Part shown: piece after piece, positions 56,778 to 64,000 of the stretch | Layout of the letters: every line of letters begins with the position of its first letter | Position numbering within the stretch: the stretch's first letter is position 1 | NCBI GenBank assembly: GCA_964432765.1 | Contig: CAYSOT010000002.1 | Location: forward strand, 38,220 to 102,219 | DNA: 64,000 nucleotides | Direction: 5' to 3' | From: an uncultured Candidatus Saccharibacteria bacterium | GTDB taxonomy: Bacteria; Patescibacteriota; SICC01; CAYSOT01 | The notes under the pieces: model-generated | What the model was told of the DNA's origin: nothing | What the model saw: the letters and a program-made list of their open reading frames with translations, nothing else | The model's database searches: none | Program-made: the position numbers and the translations under genes

Positions 56778-57766
56778 CGCGAGACCAGACGTGCTTTTGC
56801 GCCCTCGACCCATTTTGGATTGTCGCGGTACCACTGGACAGTTTTAGTAAGGGCGTCCTCGAAGTTGTTTGCCGCCCTCCAGCCAAGCTCTGTTTCAATT
56901 TTTGAGGGATCAATGGCATAGCGGAAATCGTGCCCGGGGCGATCCTCCACAAAAGTGATTAGTGACTCAGGTTTACCCAGCGCAGCCAGAATTGCCTTGG
57001 CAACCTGAAGGTTTGTTCTTTCGCTTCTACCGCCGACGTTATAGACCGCTCCAGGCTCTGCTTTGGTCAACACGGTGTGAATAGCGCTGCAGTGGTCTTC
57101 GACGTAGAGCCAGTCGCGAACATTTTGACCGTCACCATAAAGCGGCAGTGGTTGCTCCTCAAGAGCTGCGCCTATCAGAACCGGAATAAGGTTATCCATT
57201 CTTGGAAATGGGCCGAAGTTATTGGAACAGCGCGTAACGGTTACGGGAAAATCATACGTGCGGTGGTAGGCTCGACAAAGCAGGTCGCCGCCCGCCTTGC
57301 TTGCGGAGTAGGGGCTGTTTGGAGCAAGCGGTGTTTCCTCGGTAAAGAATCCTTCCTTACCGAGATGACCGTAGACCTCGTCTGTCGAGACGTAATGAAA
57401 TCTCGAGATTTCAAATTCACGAGCGGCGTCGAGCAAAACCTGCGTACCAAGAACGTTCGTAGTGGTAAAAACTTCTGGCCCTGTAATTGATTTGTCGACT
57501 TGTGCCTCGGCCGCAAAATGTACGATCGTATCGACACCCTGAACGGCCCTTCTGACCACTTCTTGGTCGCGGATATCGCCCTCAATAAATTCATAGTTTG
57601 GCTTATTTGAAACTGCGCTCACATTGTCTGGGTTCCCAGAATACGTGAGGGCATCCAAATTCCGAACGGACAACTCAGGGTAGCGCTCGAGCAACATCCG
57701 CACATAGCAGGAACCAATAAAACCACACCCCCCGGTTACTAAAACCTTCTGTGGCGTATGTGGCAT
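56774..57766 (-). CDS. rmlB: dTDP-glucose 4,6-dehydratase
   Basis: VTGGCGFIGS, STDEVYG, PYSASK, RDWLYVEDH, DRPGHDFRY; start moved to 57766. Confidence 0.97.
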   Translation of the reverse strand: MPHTPQKVLVTGGCGFIGSCYVRMLLERYPELSVRNLDALTYSGNPDNVSAVSNKPNYEFIEGDIRDQEVVRRAVQGVDTIVHFAAEAQVDKSITGPEVFTTTNVLGTQVLLDAAREFEISRFHYVSTDEVYGHLGKEGFFTEETPLAPNSPYSASKAGGDLLCRAYHRTYDFPVTVTRCSNNFGPFPRMDNLIPVLIGAALEEQPLPLYGDGQNVRDWLYVEDHCSAIHTVLTKAEPGAVYNVGGRSERTNLQVAKAILAALGKPESLITFVEDRPGHDFRYAIDPSKIETELGWRAANNFEDALTKTVQWYRDNPKWVEGAKARLVSR

Positions 57767-57767
57767 T

Positions 57768-58502
57768 TTAAAGTTTTCCTTGCCTGACCAAATCAGCGAC
57801 CTGGTTGTTCGCCGCAAGAAGCTCATCAAATGAGGAGCCCGCGTCAATCCAGTAACCATCAAGGCGCTCACATTCCATGGTGCCTTCGCGAACATAGACG
57901 TTATTGAGATCTGTGATTTCGAGCTCTCCTCTGCCAGATGGCTTTTGGTCCTTGACGATGTCAAAGACGCGCTCGTCGTACATGTAAATTCCAGTTTGGG
58001 CGAGATTAGACTTTGGAACCTTTGGTTTTTCCTCAATTCCAACGACCCTCTCACCATCAAGCTCAATTACTCCGTAGTGTTCGGTATGTTCCACTTCCGT
58101 AGCAAAAATCATGGCGCCCTTTTCTCGCGCTCTAAAGCGCTCCACGGCCGGTGCTAAATTGTGTGTGAAGATGTTATCGCCAAGAATCATCAACAGCTTG
58201 TCGCCGCGCGCGAACGGCTCAATCAGCTGGATGGGTTCCGCCAGGCCACCGGTGGGATTTTCTTGGATTTCGTAAGTAATTCGCAGCCCCCAATCTTTTC
58301 CGGTGCGTAGCAAGTTAATGAGCTGACCAACATGCTCGGGATTTGTCGTGATAACCACATCAGAAATGCCCGCCTTGGCCATTGCTTCGAGCGGGTAGTA
58401 AATCAGCGGCTTATTGTAAATCGGCAGCAGGTGCTTGTTCGTAACATGCGTCAGTGGACGCAGTCGCGTAGCTCGACCTCCTGCTAAAATCAGTCCCTTC
58501 AC
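57768..58502 (-). CDS. rmlA: Glucose-1-phosphate thymidylyltransferase (short form)
   Basis: LAGGRATRLRPLT, LGDN, EEKP, PSGRGELEITD, WIDAG. Confidence 0.93.
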   Translation of the reverse strand: MKGLILAGGRATRLRPLTHVTNKHLLPIYNKPLIYYPLEAMAKAGISDVVITTNPEHVGQLINLLRTGKDWGLRITYEIQENPTGGLAEPIQLIEPFARGDKLLMILGDNIFTHNLAPAVERFRAREKGAMIFATEVEHTEHYGVIELDGERVVGIEEKPKVPKSNLAQTGIYMYDERVFDIVKDQKPSGRGELEITDLNNVYVREGTMECERLDGYWIDAGSSFDELLAANNQVADLVRQGKL

Positions 58503-58520
58503 GTATTTTATGGTACCACG

Positions 58521-59057
58521 CTAGGGGGTGCCGTAGGCCTCTTTGAGGGTTGGGTTGCGCTGATCCTTATCAGAAACAATCCTGTCCTTTGCCTCAACGG
58601 GCCATGTGATACCGAGTGTCGGATCATCATAGGCAACAGCGGGATAGGGGTTATCTGGGTGCCAGTGCTCAGTTACGAGATACGAATACACCACTCGGTC
58701 GCTAAGAACCGCAAACGAATTGCCGAGACCCTTGGGAACAAAGAGGGCGTTTGTTGTATCAAGATTAAACGTTGCGACCTCCCTAAAAGTCTTGCTCTCT
58801 TTCCTTAGGTCAACAATTGCAGCAAATACCTTGCCCCACGCTATATGAATGTATTTATCCCAGGGCTCTGCATGGATGCCCCTAATTACACCGTACTGGG
58901 ATTCAGAAACATTCATTTGCACGATGTCGAGGGACGGTAAACCAAGGTCTTTTAGCTTGGCAGCTTGGTATGCTTCTCTAAAGCTTCCTCGCTCGTCTTC
59001 AAAAACGTCGAGCTTAATTTCTCGTAACCCCCCTAGGTTTGTCTCGACTATATCCAT
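58521..59057 (-). CDS. rmlC: dTDP-4-dehydrorhamnose 3,5-epimerase
   Basis: DERGSFRE, GVIRGIHAEPWDK, VDLR, DPTLGITWP, SDKD. Confidence 0.95.
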   Translation of the reverse strand: MDIVETNLGGLREIKLDVFEDERGSFREAYQAAKLKDLGLPSLDIVQMNVSESQYGVIRGIHAEPWDKYIHIAWGKVFAAIVDLRKESKTFREVATFNLDTTNALFVPKGLGNSFAVLSDRVVYSYLVTEHWHPDNPYPAVAYDDPTLGITWPVEAKDRIVSDKDQRNPTLKEAYGTP

Positions 59058-59959
59058 CAGTCGACTCGTTGCATCCAGAAACCCCCTGGTCGAACAGACT
59101 GGTTAAAGGAGGCGAATGCCGCGGCCACGTCTTTGGGGTGGCGAAGGGTCATGGCGCGACCACTCCAGCGCACTTCGTACGCTGAATTAAAAGCGAGGAA
59201 TGCCTGAAGAAGATACTGCTCGTTCCAGAAACGGTGCTCATCAAGTACCCACTCTTTGGGATACTCCTCGGGGAAGAAGATGTCGTGAACATGTACCCAC
59301 ACCCCCTTCTTTAGCCTGGGCAGAATTTCGAGAAACTCGTACCACACATCACTGCCAATTTTCAAAACGTGGCTCGAGTCGATAAAGAGAACATCGTTTT
59401 CTCCAAGCGCCTCAAACTGCTCGACCGGAACATTTTGAACCGGCTCTTCAATTAACTCCGCCACCTCTGGAATATCGTTTCTGAGCATTGGGGTGGGGTA
59501 GGGCTCAATTGCGGTAATCGACCCTTTGGATCCTTCGACCGTATTCTTCCGCAGTGCTTCCGCGGCTAGCAACGTGGTGTTTCCAGAACCAATCTCGATT
59601 ACCTGTCGCGGCTTAAGGTGGCGCAAAAGTGCGTACAGCACTTCTGCGTCGACAGATTCATACGATCCATTATGGAGATGGAACTGCGTTGGGTCTGAGG
59701 TCTGCTCGCGGGGTAGAGCGTCGTACTCTGTTTTAAAGTTTTGAAGGGCACCCAGAAGCCTTAACTGTTCTGATAGGCGCAGGTCTATCCCGGCAAGGGC
59801 ATCCCTTGCCTTCCAGATTGAATCGTCGAGCGTGCGTGTATCTGGGATTGGTGAATAGTAGTGGTTTGGCAAAACATGAATCCCCGCTTTCTGGAAGCCG
59901 CGGAACACCTTTTTTCCTGTTTTGCCTGAAAAGGCCTGACTGTACCATCGTTTTGCCAC
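59057..59959 (-). CDS. Class I SAM-dependent methyltransferase (Methyltransf_24-like)
   Basis: HYYSPIP, IEIGSGNTT, IEPYP, LFIDSSH, HVHDIF..EYP, WNEQY. Confidence 0.88.
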   Translation of the reverse strand: MAKRWYSQAFSGKTGKKVFRGFQKAGIHVLPNHYYSPIPDTRTLDDSIWKARDALAGIDLRLSEQLRLLGALQNFKTEYDALPREQTSDPTQFHLHNGSYESVDAEVLYALLRHLKPRQVIEIGSGNTTLLAAEALRKNTVEGSKGSITAIEPYPTPMLRNDIPEVAELIEEPVQNVPVEQFEALGENDVLFIDSSHVLKIGSDVWYEFLEILPRLKKGVWVHVHDIFFPEEYPKEWVLDEHRFWNEQYLLQAFLAFNSAYEVRWSGRAMTLRHPKDVAAAFASFNQSVRPGGFWMQRVD

Positions 59960-59976
59960 GATACTAGACTAGCATG

Positions 59977-61284
59977 CTAAGCGCGATCATCAGATGCATC
60001 GAGTCTTGATAGCACTATCGCTACAAAGCCAGCGACGAGCCAGAGTCCTTGTGGCAAGCTCCATAGAAAATGGTCGGCAAACGAAAGTGCGGTAAGTGCT
60101 CCAGCCAGGATAACTAAGGAAAAATGTTGGATCCGCTCGCCTGGAGAGATAATTCGTAACGCATGAAAATCCTTTGCTGTCTTGCCAATAAAGTAGAGGA
60201 TCGCCGCAAATCCCAACCACCCGAGCTCGAGCGCGATCAAGAGAAGTGCGATGTGTGGTGGCTGATGTTGGTAATAAGGTAAGTCTGGTCGCTCATCGCT
60301 GATAGCCGGAACCGCGTTTCCAGCACCCACCCCAAGCGGGTTTTGCAATGTGCTGCTGAGGGCAAATGATATGCCGGCAGCCCTATTGTCTATGCCGGTC
60401 TCCTTGGCGCTATTAAAGTCACTTCTTTGAAGAAGCACTCCCAGCACCAATGTCGTGGTAACTGCCAGTAGGGCAAAAGTAATTATGAGCTCTTTGGGAA
60501 AAGCTAGGCGGAGCTTAAGCGCGTAGACCCCGAGAGCGGCTAGGCCGAGCGCGGCAACTAGAAGGGCACTCCTGGAGTACGTCAAAATTAGTCCGCTTCC
60601 AATGATTCCCAGGCTGAAGGCCAGTCCCACTCGAGCGGCACTGCTTACCTTGGGTCTTGAGAGCAGGATGGCCGTACCCAATATGAGTCCTGTAAGGAAA
60701 TAGCCAGCCAAGATGTTTGGATGGGGGAGGCTCCCATATGCACGCAAGACTACGTCGGCCCCTCCGGCTACCTTGGCAACGCCGAGCATGGTTGTGCTCA
60801 GGCTGCTCTCGCCAAGAAAACGTAGACCCAGGTCGTGCCCCAAAAAGGTTTGCGCTCCACCCCAAAGCGCTTGGAGCACTATGCTTGCCAAGAAAACCAT
60901 AAAAAGCGCCCTGGCGGTTTTTCTGTCGCGAAGCTGCGCCGCAAGAGCACCGGCAAAGACGGTGGCTGCAAGAATATGAAAGGCCGCACTCAGTGCTAAT
61001 TCCGGTTCTCGGGCCCAAAGAGCGGAAAGTGCCGCTAGCGCGGCGCAGCCAAAAAGAGGGGCTAGCCGGATGACTTGATTTCTTTTGGGTCGATAGAGCC
61101 AGAGCACCCCCACCGCAAGCATTAGGAATTCCAGGGGGTAAATTGTCACGTGAAAAAATGCGTTATCGACTGGCCCGAGTTGTTGGCCACGGCTTATAAG
61201 CCAAACTGTCGAAAACGGTGCGCAGAATACGATGAGTTCGACGAGCCACTGCTGTGTTCGCCTAACTACGATTTTTGGCTTCAT
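59977..61284 (-). CDS. O-antigen ligase / Wzy_C-domain membrane protein
   Basis: RAYGSLPHPNILAG, TYSRSA, GVGAGN, QPPH...ELG, DHFLW. Confidence 0.87.
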   Translation of the reverse strand: MKPKIVVRRTQQWLVELIVFCAPFSTVWLISRGQQLGPVDNAFFHVTIYPLEFLMLAVGVLWLYRPKRNQVIRLAPLFGCAALAALSALWAREPELALSAAFHILAATVFAGALAAQLRDRKTARALFMVFLASIVLQALWGGAQTFLGHDLGLRFLGESSLSTTMLGVAKVAGGADVVLRAYGSLPHPNILAGYFLTGLILGTAILLSRPKVSSAARVGLAFSLGIIGSGLILTYSRSALLVAALGLAALGVYALKLRLAFPKELIITFALLAVTTTLVLGVLLQRSDFNSAKETGIDNRAAGISFALSSTLQNPLGVGAGNAVPAISDERPDLPYYQHQPPHIALLLIALELGWLGFAAILYFIGKTAKDFHALRIISPGERIQHFSLVILAGALTALSFADHFLWSLPQGLWLVAGFVAIVLSRLDASDDRA

Positions 61285-61285
61285 G

Positions 61286-61732
61286 CTAGGCCGGCTTGAT
61301 CACCACGCGGCGCGTCCGGCCTTCGCCGCGCGATTCGCTCTCAACACCGTCGATATCTGCCACCACTGTGTGAATCAGCCGTCGCTCATATGAGGTCATT
61401 GGGGGGAAGCTCGCCTGTTGGCCGGTGTCACGAACTTCTTTTGCCTTTCTCGCAGCTGTCTCTTTAAGGGAGTCGTGTTGCCTGCTTCTGTATCCGTCAA
61501 TATCAACAATTACCGGAAGCCTCTCGCCCTTTGCGAGCATTATCATTCGTACCAGGTGTTGCAGAGCATAAAGCCCTTCTCCTTTGTGGCCGATCAGTCT
61601 CGCTGGATCCTCCATGGCGACAGAGAGTTGAGGTGAAGCTTCGTTTTCAATTACAACACTTGCTTCAAACCCCATCTTGCGAATTATCTCGTCAAGAATC
61701 GTTGCTGCTTGGGTGAGGGGTGTGTCGGCCAT
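61286..61732 (-). CDS. jag: Jag/KhpB (KH + R3H) RNA-binding protein, short form
   Basis: LIGHKGEGLYALQ, VDIDGYR, PMTSYERRLIH, SESRGEG; follows yidC. Confidence 0.9.
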   Translation of the reverse strand: MADTPLTQAATILDEIIRKMGFEASVVIENEASPQLSVAMEDPARLIGHKGEGLYALQHLVRMIMLAKGERLPVIVDIDGYRSRQHDSLKETAARKAKEVRDTGQQASFPPMTSYERRLIHTVVADIDGVESESRGEGRTRRVVIKPA

Positions 61733-61733
61733 A

Positions 61734-62537
61734 TTACTTCTTTCGTTTTTTTACATTAACGGTTGTGGAGCCTTTCTTCTTTCCTGGAAGGGCGACTGGA
61801 TCCTCCGGATTCGCTTCGTTCCAATCAATCGCACCCTCCTTGGCAGCCTGCGTAAGTGGCATCTCGGCAATAATGATCCGCTGCTGAATAATCGCGAACA
61901 GAGCTTGGGTTGCCCAGTAAAGCGGCAGTGCGCCTGGAAGAGTGATTGCAAAGACAAAGGTAAGCACAGGGAAAATGTAGACAATCTGCCTGTTAACCGC
62001 CGGTGTTGAGTTGTCCTTTGGCAAAAGCATTTTTGATTGGATGAACTGAAAAACCGCTGCGAGCAGCGCCAACGCGTAAAGGCCTGGGTCTTGTGCGGCG
62101 GTCTGTGAAAGGTTAAGCCCCAAGAAGTTGGGGTTGATTGATTCTGGCCTCGCAACAAAAGAATAAAGCGAGTCGAGGTGCGTGCCCTGAATAGCGTCTC
62201 TAAAGACAAAGAAGAGCGTGGCTAAGACTGGGAGTTGGATAAGTACCGGCAGGCAGCTGCTGGCTGGATTTACACCCTCTCTTTTGTAAAAGGCCATGAG
62301 CTCTTGAGCCAGTTTTTCACGATCGTCCTTATGTTTTTCTTGCAGCTTTTTTAGCTCTGGCTGAAGTGCCTGGAGTCTTCGCTGTGACCGCAGTGCTTTA
62401 TTTGCAAACGGAAGCAGGATGATTCTAATCAGTATGGTCAGCGCAATAATCGCGAGCCCCATATTGCCAAGCACGTTATAAAACGTGATTAGCGCGTTGA
62501 AAATTGGGTCAAAAAAGAGAGTTTTAAGAATTTCCAT
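61734..62537 (-). CDS. yidC: Membrane protein insertase YidC
   Basis: GLAIIALTILIRIILLP, LQPEL, NPASSCLPVLIQLP, LPLYW. Confidence 0.96.
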   Translation of the reverse strand: MEILKTLFFDPIFNALITFYNVLGNMGLAIIALTILIRIILLPFANKALRSQRRLQALQPELKKLQEKHKDDREKLAQELMAFYKREGVNPASSCLPVLIQLPVLATLFFVFRDAIQGTHLDSLYSFVARPESINPNFLGLNLSQTAAQDPGLYALALLAAVFQFIQSKMLLPKDNSTPAVNRQIVYIFPVLTFVFAITLPGALPLYWATQALFAIIQQRIIIAEMPLTQAAKEGAIDWNEANPEDPVALPGKKKGSTTVNVKKRKK

Positions 62538-62770
62538 TAGCGTACTGGGTCATATCCGCCCGCCGCCCTTGGGTGACACCGAGCTACGCGGTGTGCTGCC
62601 AGGCGAGAGCCTTTTAGCGTGCCATACTTTTGGATGGCATCTTTAGCATACTGTGAACATGTTGGATGATAACGGCAAACCCCGTGTGGAAAGGCTCCTT
62701 TAAGCGGGCCGTGATCGGGAGAGAGTGTCTTCTGATAAAGGGTTAGCAGTCCAAGGACTAAAGATTTCAT
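62537..62770 (-). CDS. yidD: Membrane protein insertion efficiency factor YidD
   Basis: YQKTLSP, CRYHPTCSQYA, RCHP..GGYDPV; start by ATGA coupling. Confidence 0.95.
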   Translation of the reverse strand: MKSLVLGLLTLYQKTLSPDHGPLKGAFPHGVCRYHPTCSQYAKDAIQKYGTLKGSRLAAHRVARCHPRAAGGYDPVR

Positions 62771-63105
62771 GCGCGTTTCTTGAGCGCCGACAGAAGGGAG
62801 TCGGTCTCCCTCTGCAGCTGTACCCATTCTACCGCGGTAGCTCCCGGCTTGGCTATCACCACCAAGTGATCACCCGACGTCAATCTATCTACTCTGGTTG
62901 ATAAAAGGGCTCGGAGTTGTCGTTTGAGCCTGTTTCGGCGCGTAGCAAGCAGACTGACTTTTTTTGAGACAACAATTCCGATACTTATCTCTGCATCCTT
63001 CTTATAAAGCCTAGCCACAAAGTGTTCGCTTGCAGCATGTTTTCCATGGCGAAAAACGTCGGCGAAGACGTTACCTTCCTTCATCCGCCATTCTGATTTG
63101 AGCAT
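62767..63105 (-). CDS. rnpA: Ribonuclease P protein component
   Basis: GIVVSKKV..ATRRNRLKRQLR (RNR motif); canonical position. Confidence 0.95.
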   Translation of the reverse strand: MLKSEWRMKEGNVFADVFRHGKHAASEHFVARLYKKDAEISIGIVVSKKVSLLATRRNRLKRQLRALLSTRVDRLTSGDHLVVIAKPGATAVEWVQLQRETDSLLSALKKRA

Positions 63106-63245
63106 TACGAAGTCGCGGCAAGCTTTTCGCGACCCTTAGATCTACGACGCTTAAGCACGTCCTGACCCGACTTGGTCTCTTGCCGAGCTCGAAAACCGTG
63201 CTTCTTGGCACGGCGGCGCTTTGATGGCTGATATGTTCGCTTCAT
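63105..63245 (-). CDS. rpmH: 50S ribosomal protein L34
   Basis: [46 protein letters not shown] (46 aa, below ORF-track cutoff); TAATG overlap with rnpA. Confidence 0.97.
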   Translation of the reverse strand: MKRTYQPSKRRRAKKHGFRARQETKSGQDVLKRRRSKGREKLAATS

Positions 63246-63409
63246 AACCGTCTTAGTGTAGCGAAAGAGACCCCCCACAGCAATGGTTATAGAGTGGAAA
63301 ACTTTTTCTCATTTAACTTTTAATCGCTTGGTTGAGGCAATGTTGTCAGGTTGTGGATAAGTTTGCTATGCTTCACCTACTCTGTGGAAAGGAAAACACC
63401 AGCCGCTTT
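63246..63409. promoter_or_regulatory. rpmH-dnaA intergenic region: DnaA boxes, dnaA promoter, probable part of oriC
   Basis: Perfect DnaA box TGTGGATAA 63352-63360; weaker AGTGGAAAA 63293-63301 and TGTGGAAAG 63383-63391; AT-rich 63297-63324; TTGTCA-18 nt-TATGCT spanning the perfect box. Confidence 0.8.
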
Positions 63410-64000
63410 ATGATTCCCGAAAAAATATGGCCCGCCGTCCTTGGTGAACTAGAAGTAACGCTCTCGCGCGCAAACTTCACTACGTGGTTTAAGAATACCG
63501 ACCTTGAAGGCGTTCAAGGTGAAACCGCTCGCGTCACTGTGCCAAATGCGTTTACCAAAGAGTGGTTGCGCCGGAAGTATCTAGACGATGTTTTGGAGGC
63601 ACTGAAACGACACGTGCCCGAAGTAGCGTCGGTTGAGTTTGTAGTTGGTAGACCCACCGCTAGCGCCCAGGTTGTTGCTCCCGCCACTGATCCTTCGCCG
63701 CGACCTGCAGACCAGCCAGTACCTGGAGTCGCTCATACGCCTGGTCGAGGCAGAATGCCACAGAACACGTTTGATAACTTCGTGGTTGGTGGCTCTAATC
63801 AACTTGCCCATGCAGCCGCTAAGGCGGTTACTAACGATCCTGGCGGAACCTACAACCCGCTTTTCCTGTACGGGGGCGCTGGGCTCGGCAAGACTCATCT
63901 GATGCAGGCGATTGGTCGTGCCATCGAAGAAACAACCGACAAAAAGGTTCTCTATGTCACGACAGAAAAGTTTACAAACGAGCTAATATCAGCGATATCC
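63410..64000 (+). CDS. dnaA: Chromosomal replication initiator DnaA, 3' end beyond window
   Basis: MIPEKIWPAVLGELE..NFTTWFKNT, VPNAFTKEW, FDNFVVGGSNQLAHAA, YNPLFLYGGAGLGKTHL. Confidence 0.97.
   Translation, partial: MIPEKIWPAVLGELEVTLSRANFTTWFKNTDLEGVQGETARVTVPNAFTKEWLRRKYLDDVLEALKRHVPEVASVEFVVGRPTASAQVVAPATDPSPRPADQPVPGVAHTPGRGRMPQNTFDNFVVGGSNQLAHAAAKAVTNDPGGTYNPLFLYGGAGLGKTHLMQAIGRAIEETTDKKVLYVTTEKFTNELISAIS

Noticed and set aside
47452-58066. Long N-terminal extensions in the ORF track (48870, 52921, 55969, 56834, 58066; also 43648 and 62827) as fusions or dual coding
   Set aside because: Family N-termini and stop-start coupling mark later starts; the extensions are open frames inside upstream genes.
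63581-63902. Two ORFs of 105 and 85 aa
   Set aside because: Shadow frames of dnaA.

Overview
A gene-dense chromosomal segment (standard genetic code) ending at the replication origin (rpmH / DnaA boxes / dnaA). The compact layout, short Jag, MurE-FemX pair, pilin-like and TSP3-repeat surface proteins and tRNA-Arg(GCG) suggest a Patescibacteria (CPR) genome; that assignment is an inference. Left to right: mutM-PHP-polA, murE-femX, tsaD, a GT-C-like membrane protein, valS, a PilB ATPase coupled to a coiled-coil SpoIID enzyme, and a serine hydrolase. Next is an accessory region (19.5-35.8 kb) with a divergent sigma-70 factor followed by a protein carrying a degenerate sigma region 2, five tRNAs (3 Ser, 2 Arg), an FHA gene, a 1112-aa unknown protein and a DUF2177-DUF1295-SDR unit. 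Then come manB, GH15, trpS, a nucleotidyltransferase, comF, vanW, a 17.5 kb glycan locus (8 glycosyltransferases, 2 methyltransferases, rmlABCD, 3 O-antigen-ligase-like proteins) and jag-yidC-yidD-rnpA-rpmH-dnaA. The strongest sequence-level pattern is a TAnnnT-like -10 hexamer 6-8 nt before the start codon of more than 20 genes (leaderless architecture), including a 22-nt bidirectional promoter with overlapping -10 boxes. The best candidate for an undescribed system is the sigma / sigma-like gene pair. No CRISPR, rRNA, integrase or transposase was seen. All product calls come from motif recognition by eye, not database searches.
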